The notes under the pieces: generated by a model
Database searches by the model: none
Seen by the model: only the letters and a program-made list of their open reading frames with translations
Told to the model about the DNA's origin: nothing
Made by a program: the position numbers and the translations under genes
Assembly (NCBI GenBank): GCA_002189035.1
Contig: CM007989.1
Span: 2,294,001 to 2,358,000, forward strand
DNA from: Utricularia gibba
Lineage: Eukaryota; Plantae; Magnoliophyta
DNA: 64,000 nt
Direction: 5' to 3'
In this document: positions 22,413 through 35,386 of the stretch, piece by piece
How positions within the stretch are numbered: the stretch's first letter is position 1
Layout: every line of letters begins with the position of its first letter

Positions 22413-24862
22413 TTAAAACTGCCGGGATGTCGACCAAAGCTTCTTTCTGGCAACGAGCACTGCGTCTTCCTCTAGGCTGGCTTCTGGAACCGAATCGCCT
22501 ATGGCTTCCCAGCGCAATGGGCCCAGATACTTCTTTACATAGTTGACTACAGTTAGCTTATCATGGATGATGACAACGCCGGAAGGTCTAAGAATGCGGT
22601 CCATCTCAAGAAGAAGATCCTCGCTGCTACATCCTTTCTTCTTGATATCCGAAAAGACGGTCCAGGCATGGAGTAGGTCGTAAGTTCTGGGGTACGTGGA
22701 GAAGGCCTCGCACCTGCATGCAGAATGGTTCAGAGATGAAGCAAAGAGTGAAAAGACACAGTTAGTAAAAGGAAGCATAAAAGGTAGGCGTACCAGTTGT
22801 GCACACTGCCAATCAAACCTCGGTCATAGATAATCTTGAGTGTATTGGGTCCATCTTCAGGAACAACATTCATCACCCAGACATCCCTTTCTTTCAATGC
22901 AGCAGCAAAGGATCCTATGTTTGCTTTCATGTCCATCACATTTCTTATGCTATCAGCCAAAATATTTGGACCCAATATACTCCAATATTTGTCCACCCTT
23001 TGACGCCACAGATCCTGCTTGCAAAATTTCTCAACATTACACAAAGAACTGCCATCCCATATTTTGTCCAGAGTTGCAGATAATAATAGCAAGGTGAAGG
23101 AGAAGATACCGAATCATTTTCAAATATCTCGGATGAATAGCCGAGGTCAGCAAGGCGAGGAGGAGGAGAAATTAATCGAGCAGGCCATGGAGCCAGTCCA
23201 CTGCCTCTGGCTTTATGATCATCTGCAGTAAGAAAGAAGGAAAATAACATTGAAGTCAACGACTGATCAGCAAAAAAGGAGGGAGATGATAGTTTTCCAT
23301 CCAGGGTGGACATGCAGAAAGTAGGTATATGGTCTTTGTGTTAGCGATGCTCACGTTCAGAGTAGGGCATGATACAGGCCTTCATTGGTACACCCCAAAC
23401 GGCATCAGGATCATCATCTGATGCACAGAGAGGCGGCCGGGTTCCAGGCTTTCTTTCCAAATAGCAATGATTTGTTAATGGTTTTTGCCAAATAGCAGTC
23501 TGGTTTTTCCTTGCCACAACTTTCCAACACATGCGGCCAACAAGTGCATTCATCTCCTTCCATATTCTGCGATCCTCTTCATCCTGAGCATAAGCTTCAG
23601 GTGATGAGTAAACAAAATAACCGCCAGGTCGAAGAAGCCGATCCAACTCCAGAAGTAGTATCCCATCCCGCTGCAGCCAGTCGATTCTACAACGAGAACA
23701 ATGAGCTAGTTCAAAGGATCTGCTTGGGTAAGTGAGTCTCTTTGAACCTAGAACACCAAGGTATGCAGGAATTCCTCTTTCTAATGCGAATTGGATCTGA
23801 TTTTCATGCACATCATTAGGAGCAAGTGACATTGCAATCATGTCCGATGAAAGAAGGTAACCACCAAAGCTTGCAACACCACAACCAACATCAAGAACTG
23901 TGCGCAGTTTTCCTCTGTTGTTCAGGTTACTGTTCGGAAACTTGAGCATCTGCGATATCAAAAACAGTGTTCAGTAAGTGCCCATGCATTCCAAGGAGCT
24001 AGTGAGTCAGAAATTGCAATATGCTGAAATCAGCCGGTCAATTAGCATTTTCATATTTAAAACTCACACTTGCAATAGAAGCAATGTATTTATCAGCTCC
24101 ATAGTGAAAGTGAGTTCCTCCACCAGGAAAATAAATTTTGTTCCCTTTAACAACCATCCAATTCTGGTCAGATTTCTCGTGTGCTAAGTGAGTGTGAGGA
24201 ATGTTGGCTTTCCATACTTCATCTCTACTTTTTGGCCATTTTACTGGAATCTGTGGCTCAAAATGTTGCAAAACATTAGAGAAACAACAGAAACTGAGGT
24301 GATAAAACCACAATAACAACCATGAACGTAGATGTCCTCACCTTATATCCTCGAGGAGGTGGGATCAGACAATTGTAACGTCTGTCAGGTAATGGGCAGT
24401 GCCGTTCGTAGTGTTCCATTAAAGAATAATCCACCTTCAATCTCGTTTGATAAATAAGATTTTTGTCCAGGCAGGGGATCAACTCTGAAAGGTTATCATC
24501 ACAGACCTTTTGACATGCAGAAGATGATAATCAGAAATTGATAGCGGACTTCTAGTGTACTACTACTAGAATCTGAAGTGCCACAAAAATATGAAATCAC
24601 TTACAGGAAAGCTCTTGGGGAAAGCATCATCTGTCCATAATTTGGTGTAAGCTTCATGTAGCATACTAACAGAATCGGAATCTTCATCTCCATGCAAATA
24701 TGAAGATCCCAGTTTCATCAGAGACTCTTTGCCATACTGCAGAGCAGACTCTCCGGAAGTTCTTTTGCCAAAGTGGGCGTACAAAAACACAAGAAAAAGA
24801 GCAGCAAACACCACATAAGCAAAGATCCGCTTTTTATGTGCTCGAACTGAGCGCCCTCTCAT
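22413..24862 (-). CDS. Probable Golgi SAM-dependent methyltransferase, PMT1/3/8-like (DUF248, Methyltransf_29)
   Basis: Type II anchor; ELIPCLD...MEHYERHCP; [16 protein letters not shown]; [12 protein letters not shown]; RNVMDMKA; [11 protein letters not shown]; MDRILRP. Confidence 0.93.
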
Positions 24863-25079
24863 ATTTTCCAAAGGTTGACTGACTCAAGTGTAGGGGTTAA
24901 ACTCTCCAGATACAGAATACACAATGCTCAAAACATCATCCAATCGTCAATAAACGTTCAAATCCACCAAAATTATTGCATGCAGGACAATCACATCTAC
25001 CTGCATACGCTGTTCACAATATTAATATGCAACAAGAAATCCAACAAAGGATTTCAACAACAAGAATTATAACGAAGAT

Positions 25080-25231
25080 ACACCCACAAAATGAAGTACC
25101 AAGCTACACTGTGGAATGTGACTAGGTATTAATTCTACGCCCACAAAATAAAGTAACAATCTGCACTGCGGAATGTGACTAGGTATTAATCTCTACACCC
25201 ACAAAATAAAGTAACAGTATACACTGTGGAA
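25080..25231. repeat. Minisatellite, 57-58 bp unit, about 2.6 copies
   Basis: CCACAAAA at 25084, 25141 and 25199; GGAATGTGACTAGGTATTAAT repeated. Confidence 0.85.
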
Positions 25232-27221
25232 ACAATTTACAAGAATCATTTGGGAGAACAGATCTTCCAACTACTACATTGCCATTCTCTTTATACATTC
25301 AGAAAATCAGGAATTTGTGAAGACTAGATTTCCTAGCCAATCCAGCCTGATTGTCTAAGCCCTACGGAGTGTCAGAAAGGTTCAGATCTGAAACCTATCA
25401 TTATATATATTCTACATTCACACAGAATATATAACATGAAAAGTAGTTGGATGTCATATTTGGGTTTCCATTTCTCGAAAAATCGAATTTTTGACCTTCA
25501 GAAGTCAAGTGTCTCCCTAATAGTTCAAGAACAGCCCCCTCCCCATACATGATCTTACAAGAGAAAGTCACAATCCAGACGCCTCAAGAATCCGGATAGT
25601 CTTGCGATTTCAAACCGCCGGGAAAAACATACACAACATCTTATTGAATTCCAGGTAGATGAAACGGTAAATCAAACTCAAAAACAAATAGATCCGCAGA
25701 CAAAACAACAGATAAGGTCTAAAAGAAATAGGATTCTAAACTTATCGGATAATGTGACAGCATACGTGTGTCCAGTCAGAAGAATAAAAAACCAGAATAT
25801 TTGTTGCCCAATAACACATACCAGATCTATGCCTTCCTTTGAAGCGTTTGTATTATACATCTTACTTGCATACACTTGAATCGGAATGCGTCAATGGAGA
25901 AAAAGATAACTCATAGAAAACGTTGAAGCTAAAAGTGACAGGTCGGGTGCCAACTTGGGGATCAAAACAGTGATAATTTGGCAGCGGATTTGGGGATACA
26001 ACCGGCGTCCGCGATTTGGGCATGAATTGATGAGACCCAGAATTTGTGGAAGACGGTCAATCGAGAAAATGCAATGAAAATGAACCCTATGTGATTAACG
26101 CCGTTCAAGTAGCTGTTTGCCATTCCTTCTCAAAAACCACAAACGAAGTAGCCGTTTGTCATTGATGAAGGCGCATTTTAACCATATCATTATTTTCTTG
26201 GGTTCCTTTTCTTTGCTTTCTATAATTTCTTTTTTACGTTAGTCAGGCGGAGGGCGATGCAGTGGCGGCGGTCAGACAACCCGGCGCGGCGGGATATTGC
26301 CACAGCAATTTTAGTAATTAGGGTTTCATAATTGGGATTAGTCGTACGGTATCACTTTATAAAAACCTTATTTTTCTAAAATGTAATTTTTTCAAATGAT
26401 AGGGATAAGTTTACTAAAAATCCGCGGGAACTACAGCTTCTCGCTTTGAACTAATTAAAATAAACGGTATTTTTTAAAAAAAACAAATAATAATAGTGAT
26501 TATTAGCGCCATATCATCATTTGGAAATGAATGTTCTATGGATGCCTTTAGTTGTAAGATTCATATATGTTAAAAATATGTGTGGATAGGATAAAATATA
26601 ATTTTTTAATAAATTATGTTTAGGATGAAAACATTATTATTTATATAACAATTATTATATTATTATTATTTTTAATGTGTATTAAAAGAAAAATAAAAGA
26701 TGAAAATGCAAAATTTATATATTCTAAACTTTAGATATATCTAATACTAATTCCAATCATAAGTTTTATTTCAATTATTAAATGTGATATTTTAATGTCT
26801 CTTGAAATTTTCCCTCTAATACCATCAACAAGTTGGACCTCCAAAAACGGTTTAACAGAGTGTAGGCTGTGAAGCACTGAACACCGTCTTCCATGAAGCA
26901 CTATCACTTCACCTAACCTGCACATGGGAGGAGATGTAAAGGAGGTGCGATCAGTGGGGGGTGGCCTGGCCAATATGTTGTACGGATACTTGACTTGTTC
27001 GTGAGGGGTGTAGTGTAGTGTGGAACCGAGCAGAAAAATGGGAACATTTAGAGGAATCTTTTATTGCTGAATCGTGTGTTGTGGTGGACAACACGAAGAA
27101 CAGATTTCATGTTGTGGTGGGGACCTTAGCTAGTGCTGTGGATGTACGCGTTGTCTGTTGTCTATAAATGCCATTCTGCTGCGTCCATGGAGGATCAAGT
27201 TTGTAGGCATAGCACAGTGCT

Positions 27222-27779
27222 ATGGAAGCCAAGAAGGGAAGCGTTGTTGCCATTCTTGTCTTCCTGGTGCTGTGGGTTGCAGCATGCTCTGCAGCCAGGA
27301 CCTTGATTGGGGTGGAGACATACCATGGAGCTTTCGGTGAGGGTGGAGGGTCGGGCTTCGGGGGTGGAGAAGGTGGAGGCGGCGGTGGTGGAGGTGGGTT
27401 TGCAGCAGGTGGTGAGTATGGTTCCGGGTATGGGAGTGGTGGTGGGGAAGGCCATGGCGGCGGTGGTGGACTCAATGGTGGCGGTGGTGGTGGCGGCGGT
27501 GGTGGAGGCGGCGGAGGTGGAGCTGCTGGTGGATACCCTGGCTATGGTGGTGGGCATGCGTGGGGATACGGAGGAGGTGAAGGAGCAGGCATTGGTGGCG
27601 GACATCCCGGAGGATATGGCGGCAGTGGCATCGGGGGCATTTACGGTGGGGGTGGCCGCGGTGGCTCCGGCTACGGGAGCGGAGGAGGAGCAGGTGGAGG
27701 TGCCGCAGGCGCAGCACATGGAGGAGGATATGGTGGAGGCGAAGGAGGCGGCGGCGGTTATGGTGGCTATGCTCCTTGA
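27222..27779 (+). CDS. Secreted glycine-rich cell wall protein, intronless
   Basis: Signal peptide MEAKKGSVVAILVFLVLWVAACSA followed by GGGxG/GYG repeats; TATAAAT at about 27163. Confidence 0.92.
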   Translation: MEAKKGSVVAILVFLVLWVAACSAARTLIGVETYHGAFGEGGGSGFGGGEGGGGGGGGGFAAGGEYGSGYGSGGGEGHGGGGGLNGGGGGGGGGGGGGGGAAGGYPGYGGGHAWGYGGGEGAGIGGGHPGGYGGSGIGGIYGGGGRGGSGYGSGGGAGGGAAGAAHGGGYGGGEGGGGGYGGYAP

Positions 27780-27937
27780 CGCCGGGTGATGATCATGCAC
27801 TACTGATTCTGCAAATGCAAGCATGCCTCAAACTGGAAGGATGCCCCATACGGCATTCCAGTGATGTATGGCAATGTACTTTGCTTATGCATCTTCATAA
27901 TACAAACTACATTTAAAAAAGAACATCATCTGTCTAC

Positions 27938-28616
27938 TTAATCTACCTTAGATATGACAGCTCCATTGAAGATATTACAGCTCCATTTGTTGTTGCACCT
28001 GGAGCTTCCATAGATTCCTTTCAGGCACGACACAATCCTTGCCTGCAAAATCCTCTCACCATAAATAAGTACCCACAAAATCTAGTTCAAAATACACCAG
28101 AACGAACACTCTCCAACTAACACAAACACAAGATTTCCTCCTCTCATGGCTGTAGTCATCAGTGGCTATGGGCTGGTATCCCATTTTCCCATTTCTGAGC
28201 CGCCATCCGGGAAACATTAGCTTGATCTTCTTAAGCCCGCACCATTGCCTCTGTTCAACCTTTTTACCCAATCAGGTTTCGTAATGCCATAACACAAGAA
28301 GCTAGTGACAGCAGCAGCAGTATTATTTTACACAAAAACAATCAGCTTTTTCTGTAAAAAAAAACCATTAGATCCAGCAGAAAAACAACAACGGTAATGG
28401 TGAATACCTTCCATTTAGGGGACCGACGCAACTCTACATCATTCCTTAGGACCTGAACCCGCGGGTCGCATGCTCGTCCTTTTGCTGAAACGACGGGCTT
28501 CGTGGCTTGAGGCCGCGGTCGATTTCGGCGGTGGTCCGATGAGATCGTGGGTTTGTAGACTCGGTGTACACAGTGATGATGACGCTCATGCTCTCTCGTC
28601 GCATCATCATCACCAT
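27938..28616 (-). CDS. Small unidentified 3-exon plant gene (about 145 aa), needs +1 nt in exon 1
   Basis: MVMMMRRESMSVIITVYTES start; adding one C in the CCC run (plus-strand GGG 28549-28551) opens the frame to a phase-0 donor at 28408; exon 2 from 28250 (RQWCGLKKIKLMFPGWRLRNGKMGYQPIA); exon 3 ends at 27938. Confidence 0.4.
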
Positions 28617-29247
28617 TTCTTTAATTCTGCATAGTTCTCATAATATAAACAGTTACTCGGATCCAAAATGTATGGAATTGATGAATTTTTATGTATTAAT
28701 ATTTATTTATTCTTATTTATATGCTGAAATCTTATTTGAGAGGGATTACTATGTTGAAAAGTAATTTTATTATTAGATATAAATGACTTATGATGAATAT
28801 AAATAAAAAAAGCACTGAACATTTCAACTATTATTTATTAGATTTATTTTTTCAAAATTCAATTAATAAGATTTAGTAATATATAGTAATACTTATAATT
28901 AAAAATAAATTAGTATTTAAATAAAAACCAAAGTACTTTAATAAAGTTATTTCATTAAATGTAAAATGTTTCTGTAAATTAGTGTAATAAAATTAGAAGC
29001 AATTTTATTATGATTGGAAACTGCAACAATTATATTTAAAGTATAGAGTCATAATACGAATAAATTCCTTTTTACATATAATTTCAATTTTCTATTAAAT
29101 ATTATTATTGATATAGATGGATTATTTAACATATTGCGGGCCGCTTCTATTTGGTGTTCGGGTGCAGGGGTCGGTTTCAAATTTTAGGGTTTAAAAAACG
29201 CTCGCCGTGAGCTTCGCTGCAGTACGGAAGTATCCGGCAGCCGGGAG

Positions 29248-29901
29248 ATGGGAAGTTCATCAAACTACAGAAACCCTTGTTTGACGATGCACCAACCGTG
29301 GGCTTCACTGCTGGTCCATGGTATCAAACGAATCGAGGGCAGGTCTTGGCCTGCTCCGATTCGAGGGCGTCTTTGGATCCATGCCGCTGGTAAGGTTCCA
29401 GAGCCTGATACCATAAAAGCTATGGAAGATTTTTACCGTGAAATCTATGCTGTGGATGGAATAACAGACCTAAAGTTTCCAGAGCATTACCCAGTATCCA
29501 GGTTACTTGGTTGCGTTGATGTAGTTGGGTGTGTTACTTGTGAAGAGCTAGTAAATTGGGATGCTGTACCGCAATCTGTGAGATTGGAAGGGCAAACATC
29601 GTTTTGTTGGCTGTGTGAGCGACCCCAGAAACTAGTTATCCCATTTGAGATGCGTGGCTACCAGGGGGTATATAATTTGCAGAAGAAGGTATACGAATCC
29701 GCCGTCAGGGGTCTTGCATCTGCTTCTGCCCCTTTACCAGCCACATTCCCACTTCCGTATCCTGGAGATCGGTTCTCGTTGAAACCTTGCTCACGTCCTT
29801 CACCAGATGAGGAAAAGCCTCCTGGTCTTGAAGCTGCCATCGCTGGTGCTAGGATGGCTGCGAATCAATTTTCGAAGAAGACATCTCATGGCGGCAAGTA
29901 A
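29248..29901 (+). CDS. ASCH-domain (ASC-1 homology) RNA-binding protein, single exon, 217 aa
   Basis: CLTMHQPWASLLVHGIKRIEGRSW...GRLWIHAA signature; uninterrupted ORF. Confidence 0.92.
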   Translation: MGSSSNYRNPCLTMHQPWASLLVHGIKRIEGRSWPAPIRGRLWIHAAGKVPEPDTIKAMEDFYREIYAVDGITDLKFPEHYPVSRLLGCVDVVGCVTCEELVNWDAVPQSVRLEGQTSFCWLCERPQKLVIPFEMRGYQGVYNLQKKVYESAVRGLASASAPLPATFPLPYPGDRFSLKPCSRPSPDEEKPPGLEAAIAGARMAANQFSKKTSHGGK

Positions 29902-32172
29902 ATCCATTATTGTGTTCGTGTTTGCACATGTTCTCTTTTAGGAAAATACAGCCTTTCATAGTAAAAAGAAGCCCCCTTTTTCGAACAAACACTATTCAAA
30001 AAACACACACACACAAAAATCAATCTTTTTCAAAACTGATTTCAAATCTATCCTGTTCCTAAACCCATCTGCTTCTCAACTATCGTATGCTTGAGTTCAG
30101 GTGGTGTAATTTGATGATGTGTAGTTTTAATTTGGTTTACTTGATGCGTAAGTTGCACATGGATTCTTAGTGTTATGATTCCTATCTATCATTCGAGTGC
30201 ATTGCACTTGCCACTCCTCGGTTCCTTGTTTGTTGATTTAAATATGGAAATGATGGCAAAAGTAAAAGGTCTGAGCAGCAAAGTGGTGGTAGTTGCCGGA
30301 GTTTGGTAGAATGAGTAGTGCAGAAAGATGAAGAAGGCCCTTGTCTGTGCCTTAAGCATTGGCATCTGACAGTCGCAACTTCTTCTATATCAACACAGGG
30401 CTGCCAGAAAAGGCGTGGATTGCATTCTAGTATTGAATCGCAATTTAGATCGCTGCCCTTCACCTTCCCATTCTCTTACAAGTTGGTTGACAGGCCACCA
30501 CTTTGTTCTGCATTGATCAAATTTCTCATGCTGATCCACTTGATGTTTGTTTGCCTCTTTTTTTTGCTGCCTTAAATGGGGATTACTTCATCCAAGCTCT
30601 GGTATTCAGTTGCTCGCATAGATAGGTTTTCAATGTCTGAGGCAATAAGACTCACTCAGCATGATAAGCCTTTTGAGACCCGATTCTGCTTTTCAGAGCA
30701 TTTTCTGTTCCATTTGGTATGCTAAATTGTAAATAGTTTCTTGTTACTGAAATGGGTGAATTAATTTTGTTTTTATTATCAAATAAAAACATATATACAA
30801 AAATAATAATAATAAGTGAATGTTATCAACTAAGGATAATATCTCTATTATTGCAAGTAGTTGGAGGGATATTTTCTCTAGTCGGCCAAGAGGCAGTGTT
30901 TTAAAACCATGGGTTCCACCCGTGGTCCGGATTAGATCTTAATTGATATTTTGATGGGTCGGAGTTAATTTTATTTTTTTTTACTTTTATTCTCTTATTT
31001 TTTTAATTTTTACTATTTATCTTATGTAGATGATTAATAACAATATAAGACATGTCATAAATATTTAATTTATATATTTTAAATAAATTTTAATAATTAT
31101 ATGTTTATATATGTATTTGTATTGATAATAGAAAATACTTATTTGTATTTGGATTATACATTATTTGAATGAGATATAAGATGAAGATGATTTTGATAAA
31201 GCTTTTTGATTTAATTATTTCAAGTGTTTAGAGATGTATTTTTAATGTTCTATATTTTGAATATTTTGATGCATTGAATTATGATTTTATAATTAAATTT
31301 TAATATTTTAATAAATATAATTAAAATTAATATATCCTATTCAATTTATTCTAAAAAGAATTTAATCCAAACACATAATTAAATATTTCATTGAGTTTAA
31401 ACCGTTTTTCAACAGGTCTAAAGCGGGAGGCGGTGTTGTTGATTTTGAAATTATTAATTCACTTTCTTTCTGAAGCCCAATCCTTGCAGCTAGGGTTTCC
31501 TCCACTCTTCTCTTTATATATAACCATTGCTGCCGTGCCCACATTTCCTAGCTCCTTTATGTGCTCTTCTGAAGGGGAATTTTCATCCCATCGTCGGCTG
31601 CGGCGTACTTTCGTCTTCCGTGCCTAGTGAGTTGAGGTATTTGCTGATGCTGTTTCTCTTACAATTTGAGTATTTTTTGTGCACCGCTTTACGCTGAATC
31701 GAATATTATTTATGTTTTCCGGTGTTTAAATTATCTGTGATTAACGTAAGGTATTTAGCCGATCGATTTCAGATCCACGGAAGTTTTTGTTTGAATTGAT
31801 GATTGATTGACGATTGAATCCATTTGATCTAAAAGGACGTTCGGATTTGGTTATGTTGTTGAAGTTTCGTTGCTTTTCGTTATCGTTCTGGATGATTGTT
31901 TTTGTGGATCTGAAGTTTTCCTTTGTTGGATTTGACTCGTATGCCATATGATAGAGACAGAGTTCAGATCTTATGTTGATAGTTTTGGTGTTTTGAATTG
32001 AAAATATGCTATTTTTTTCTTTCACTGTTTCTGCCTAGCTAGTTATGTTGGGCTAATTGGTTCATATTGATGTAATTTATTCCGACTTTAATATATTTCC
32101 AGGATTTGGCTGGTAGAGTTGCTGCGGTACCAGTTAGCAACAGTGAAGAGTATTAAGTTTGTATCTTCTTTT

Positions 32173-32409
32173 ATGTCTGAACGAGAATCTCACTTTTTAT
32201 CATCGGTTGGCTTGCTTGTGGAGCATTTTCCGTCGCCCAGAATAAAGGATAAACATCCTGTTCCAGAGGTTGGCTGTATGCATCTGAGGCCGCGACAAGG
32301 ATTCAACATAAACTGTAAATACTACCAGTTTATGCCACTTTTCCGTGCTGCAAAGAATTATAAAGATACTGGAAAGAAGCTCTCTGTGAACCTATTGTCT
32401 GTCTTCTGA
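32173..32409 (+). CDS. 78-aa upstream ORF in the eIF5 leader, probable conserved-peptide uORF
   Basis: ATG 32173 to TGA 32409, 25 nt before the eIF5 ATG and downstream of the leader-intron acceptor near 32102; MSERESHFLSSVGLLVEHFPS...GFNINCKYY...KDTGKK. Plant eIF5 genes are known CPuORF carriers. Confidence 0.7.
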   Translation: MSERESHFLSSVGLLVEHFPSPRIKDKHPVPEVGCMHLRPRQGFNINCKYYQFMPLFRAAKNYKDTGKKLSVNLLSVF

Positions 32410-32434
32410 TAAAGAGTGATACCTTCAGTCAAAA

Positions 32435-33784
32435 ATGGCTTTGCAGAATATTGGTGCTGGCAACAAAGATGATGCCTTCTACCGGTATAAGATGCCTAAA
32501 ATGGTTACTAAAATTGAAGGTCGTGGAAATGGCATCAAGACCAATGTAGTGAATATGGTTGAAATTGCAAAGGCTCTTGGAAGGCCTGCATCGTATACCA
32601 CAAAGTATTTTGGTTGTGAGCTGGGGGCACAGTCGAAGTTCGATGAGAAGACTGGTACATCACATGTCAATGGAGCTCATGATACTTCCAAGCTTGCTGG
32701 ACTCCTTGAAAACTTCATCAAGAAATTTGTGCAGTGCTATGGTTGTGGCAACCCTGAAACAGAAGTTATCATAACGAAGTCCCAGATGATCAATCTCAAG
32801 TGTGCAGCATGTGGTTTCATCTCTGAAGTTGACATGAGGGACAAGTTGACGACTTTCATCTTGAAAAACCCTCCAGAGTCCAAAAAGTCTTCCAAGGACA
32901 AGAAGGCTATGAGAAGGGCTGAGAAAGAGAGGCTGAAGGAAGGCGAGGCTGCTGATGAAGAGCAGAAGAAACTCAAGAAAGAGGCGTCTAAGAAGAAAGG
33001 TTCAACTGGCAGCTCCAAAGATGCAGCCTCAAAAGTGTCTGGCAAGAAAAAGTCTCAATCTGATGAGGAGCAATCTCCCACTGGCAGCCAAGTAGATGAA
33101 CAGGAAGTTGCTGCAGCTGCTGCTAATGAGAGTGATGATGACGTGGAATGGCAGACAGATATCTCTGCGGTTGCCGCACAGCGAACAATCCAGGAGCAGC
33201 TGAATGCTGTTACAGCAAGTATGGTCATGCTCGCACCAAACGAGGACAAAAAAGAACATGTGAAAAGTTCTCCAAAAGAAGAGGACCATAAAGCCAACGG
33301 GAAGTCAAATGGAATCCATGCTGATGGTCCTGATCCTATCATCCATTCAATAAAAGAGTATTTGAAGAAGGGTTCTCCTGCTTCCCAACTGAAATCTTTC
33401 CTGGACTCCCTCTCTGGCACGCAGCAGGAAATCATGGATGCCTTGTTCGAGGCTTTATTCGAGGGAGTGGGGAAGGGCTTCTCCAAAGAGGTTCTAAAAA
33501 AGAAGAACTACATCGCTGCTGCAGTGCAGGTGGAGGGCTCACAGCCTCTCCTGCTTCATGCCATCGAGTCCTTCTGCACGAAAGCCGCAAGCCCTGAGGC
33601 CGTGAAGGAGGTGGCTCTGGTTCTAAAGTCGCTCTATGATGGTGATGTCCTGGAAGAGGAACACATCGTGGAGTGGTACAACAAGGGTTCAGCTGGCAGC
33701 AATAAGGGCTCTCCGATCTGGAAGAATACCAAGCCATTCGTGGAGTGGCTCCAGAGCGCAGAATCCGAATCCGAAGAAGAGTGA
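32435..33784 (+). CDS. eIF5: Eukaryotic translation initiation factor 5
   Basis: DDAFYRYKMP...GRGNGIKT, CYGCGNPET/CAACG zinc motif, C-terminal W2 domain with acidic tail. Confidence 0.98.
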   Translation: MALQNIGAGNKDDAFYRYKMPKMVTKIEGRGNGIKTNVVNMVEIAKALGRPASYTTKYFGCELGAQSKFDEKTGTSHVNGAHDTSKLAGLLENFIKKFVQCYGCGNPETEVIITKSQMINLKCAACGFISEVDMRDKLTTFILKNPPESKKSSKDKKAMRRAEKERLKEGEAADEEQKKLKKEASKKKGSTGSSKDAASKVSGKKKSQSDEEQSPTGSQVDEQEVAAAAANESDDDVEWQTDISAVAAQRTIQEQLNAVTASMVMLAPNEDKKEHVKSSPKEEDHKANGKSNGIHADGPDPIIHSIKEYLKKGSPASQLKSFLDSLSGTQQEIMDALFEALFEGVGKGFSKEVLKKKNYIAAAVQVEGSQPLLLHAIESFCTKAASPEAVKEVALVLKSLYDGDVLEEEHIVEWYNKGSAGSNKGSPIWKNTKPFVEWLQSAESESEEE

Positions 33785-35386
33785 GGTGAAAAAGTGAGCG
33801 CTATATTATCATACTGGTGGCTTCCGTATCCTGTGCTGTTTCATTTTCCCAAGCAATAACACCATGAGAGTTCTTGTGTGCTCACTCTCATTGGTTCGTG
33901 TGGCATTTTACATGGATTTGATCGCTGTGCTGTTCTGAACTACATGTTTGTTCCCTTCGATTTCTCATGTCGGCCTGCAACTTTTTAAGGACGTTTCTGG
34001 CTTCCTTGAGCTCAACGTCGCTGCTGGCTAGTGCAGCTTCCACAATTTCGTGGACTCCCCGTGTGCCTTAGAAATAGGGTGTGTTCGCTCTCGGTAACGA
34101 ACATTGATGGATTGATTACAAGAGTTGGGCAGAGGCTCGTGTGTGCGCAAATTGGGTTTCATTCTCGACACTACACGACGAATTGTGTTGGGTGAGAACT
34201 CATCTTCATGATTTTACGTTTTGGATTTTAATAACTTCTGGAGGGTCATGCATACATACGTACGTACATACGCTAGCGTTCTTGTTATACTCATCTTCAT
34301 TGATGAGATTCGGCATGCCTGAAATCTGAACCAGAAAAACACTGCAAATAAAGAATGTGTTGAACTTTTTGCAGACAGACAGAAGAGCAGCAGCAATTTC
34401 ACCAGTTTGATTAAGGGATTTTTGGGGTGCGCAGTGCTTGTAATGGCGGGCTTCGGGGGCTAATCTGCTTCCACGCCAAGATCTGATTTTTGCACAATTC
34501 CATAACACTGCGATCGAGGGGGAGTACTGGGAAAGCGAAAAGAATTGGGAGAAGGGGGCTTCAGAATCAGGCGACTGAAAAGAAGAATTTTTTTACGCAA
34601 ACCCCAAAGGAAATATCACATTCGTGGAGACAAACAACACGCTTATTCAGTAAAAGCAACAGCGACTTAGTCTCGGATCCAGCGAGAATATCCACCATTC
34701 TCAAAGGCTTTCCTGGACAAACTCATGCAGGGCATGTGCTAGTTAGTTATTATGTTGCGCAACCCAGAAGCATACTCCACTGTCATTCATCACATGTGTG
34801 TTAAAAAGAAGCCGTTTTGATCTTTCTAGATCTGCTCACACGTCTTCAGGGCCGGCCGGTTCATGGAGGGAGCCAATAGGGGCAGTAAAAATTGCATCTT
34901 TTTTATCCGGTAAACCAAGAAGACGAGTTAAAAAGCAAAAGATTCCAGCTAGACTTGTCGGTGGAGTGGCTGGGAAGAGCAGATATCAAGATTTTTGAGC
35001 CCCCAACAGCCGCAACTTCGCTGGCTTTAAATGCAACTGCTTTCTTCATATGGAAGAGAGGAAGGAAACAACAACAGCGGAAAAGTTAACTGCTTTTATG
35101 GCTCTGCTCTAGTTTAAAGTATGTTTCTGTTCACTACCTTACCTAGCTGAAGTGGCCATGTCAAGCTTTTCTTTATTTCTGCTTTTTATTGTGCAATGGT
35201 TCGCCTTTTTGTTGGCCTGCATCTTCTGAGAATCATGCTTTTGTTGTTGTTTTTCGTAACAGCGGAAAGGGATTTGAATGATCATCATCAAAAAGAAAGT
35301 AGCAATGGGTGGGGGATTCAGAGTGTTTTGTTGCTGAGCCAGAATCTGGTCATTTGATAAGCAAAACAAAACTGTTTCCTTTTTCT

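Noticed and set aside
27107-27824. Pro-rich, Thr/Ala-rich and His/Arg-rich alternative-frame ORFs
   Set aside because: Shadow frames of the GGN-rich glycine-rich protein gene.
30893-31412. hAT-MITE-like element starting CAGTGTTTTAAAACC
   Set aside because: The right TIR is too degenerate and no TSD was found; plausible but unsupported.
34141-35369. Short ORFs between eIF5 and the BPS1-like gene
   Set aside because: No motifs or consistent exon structure.
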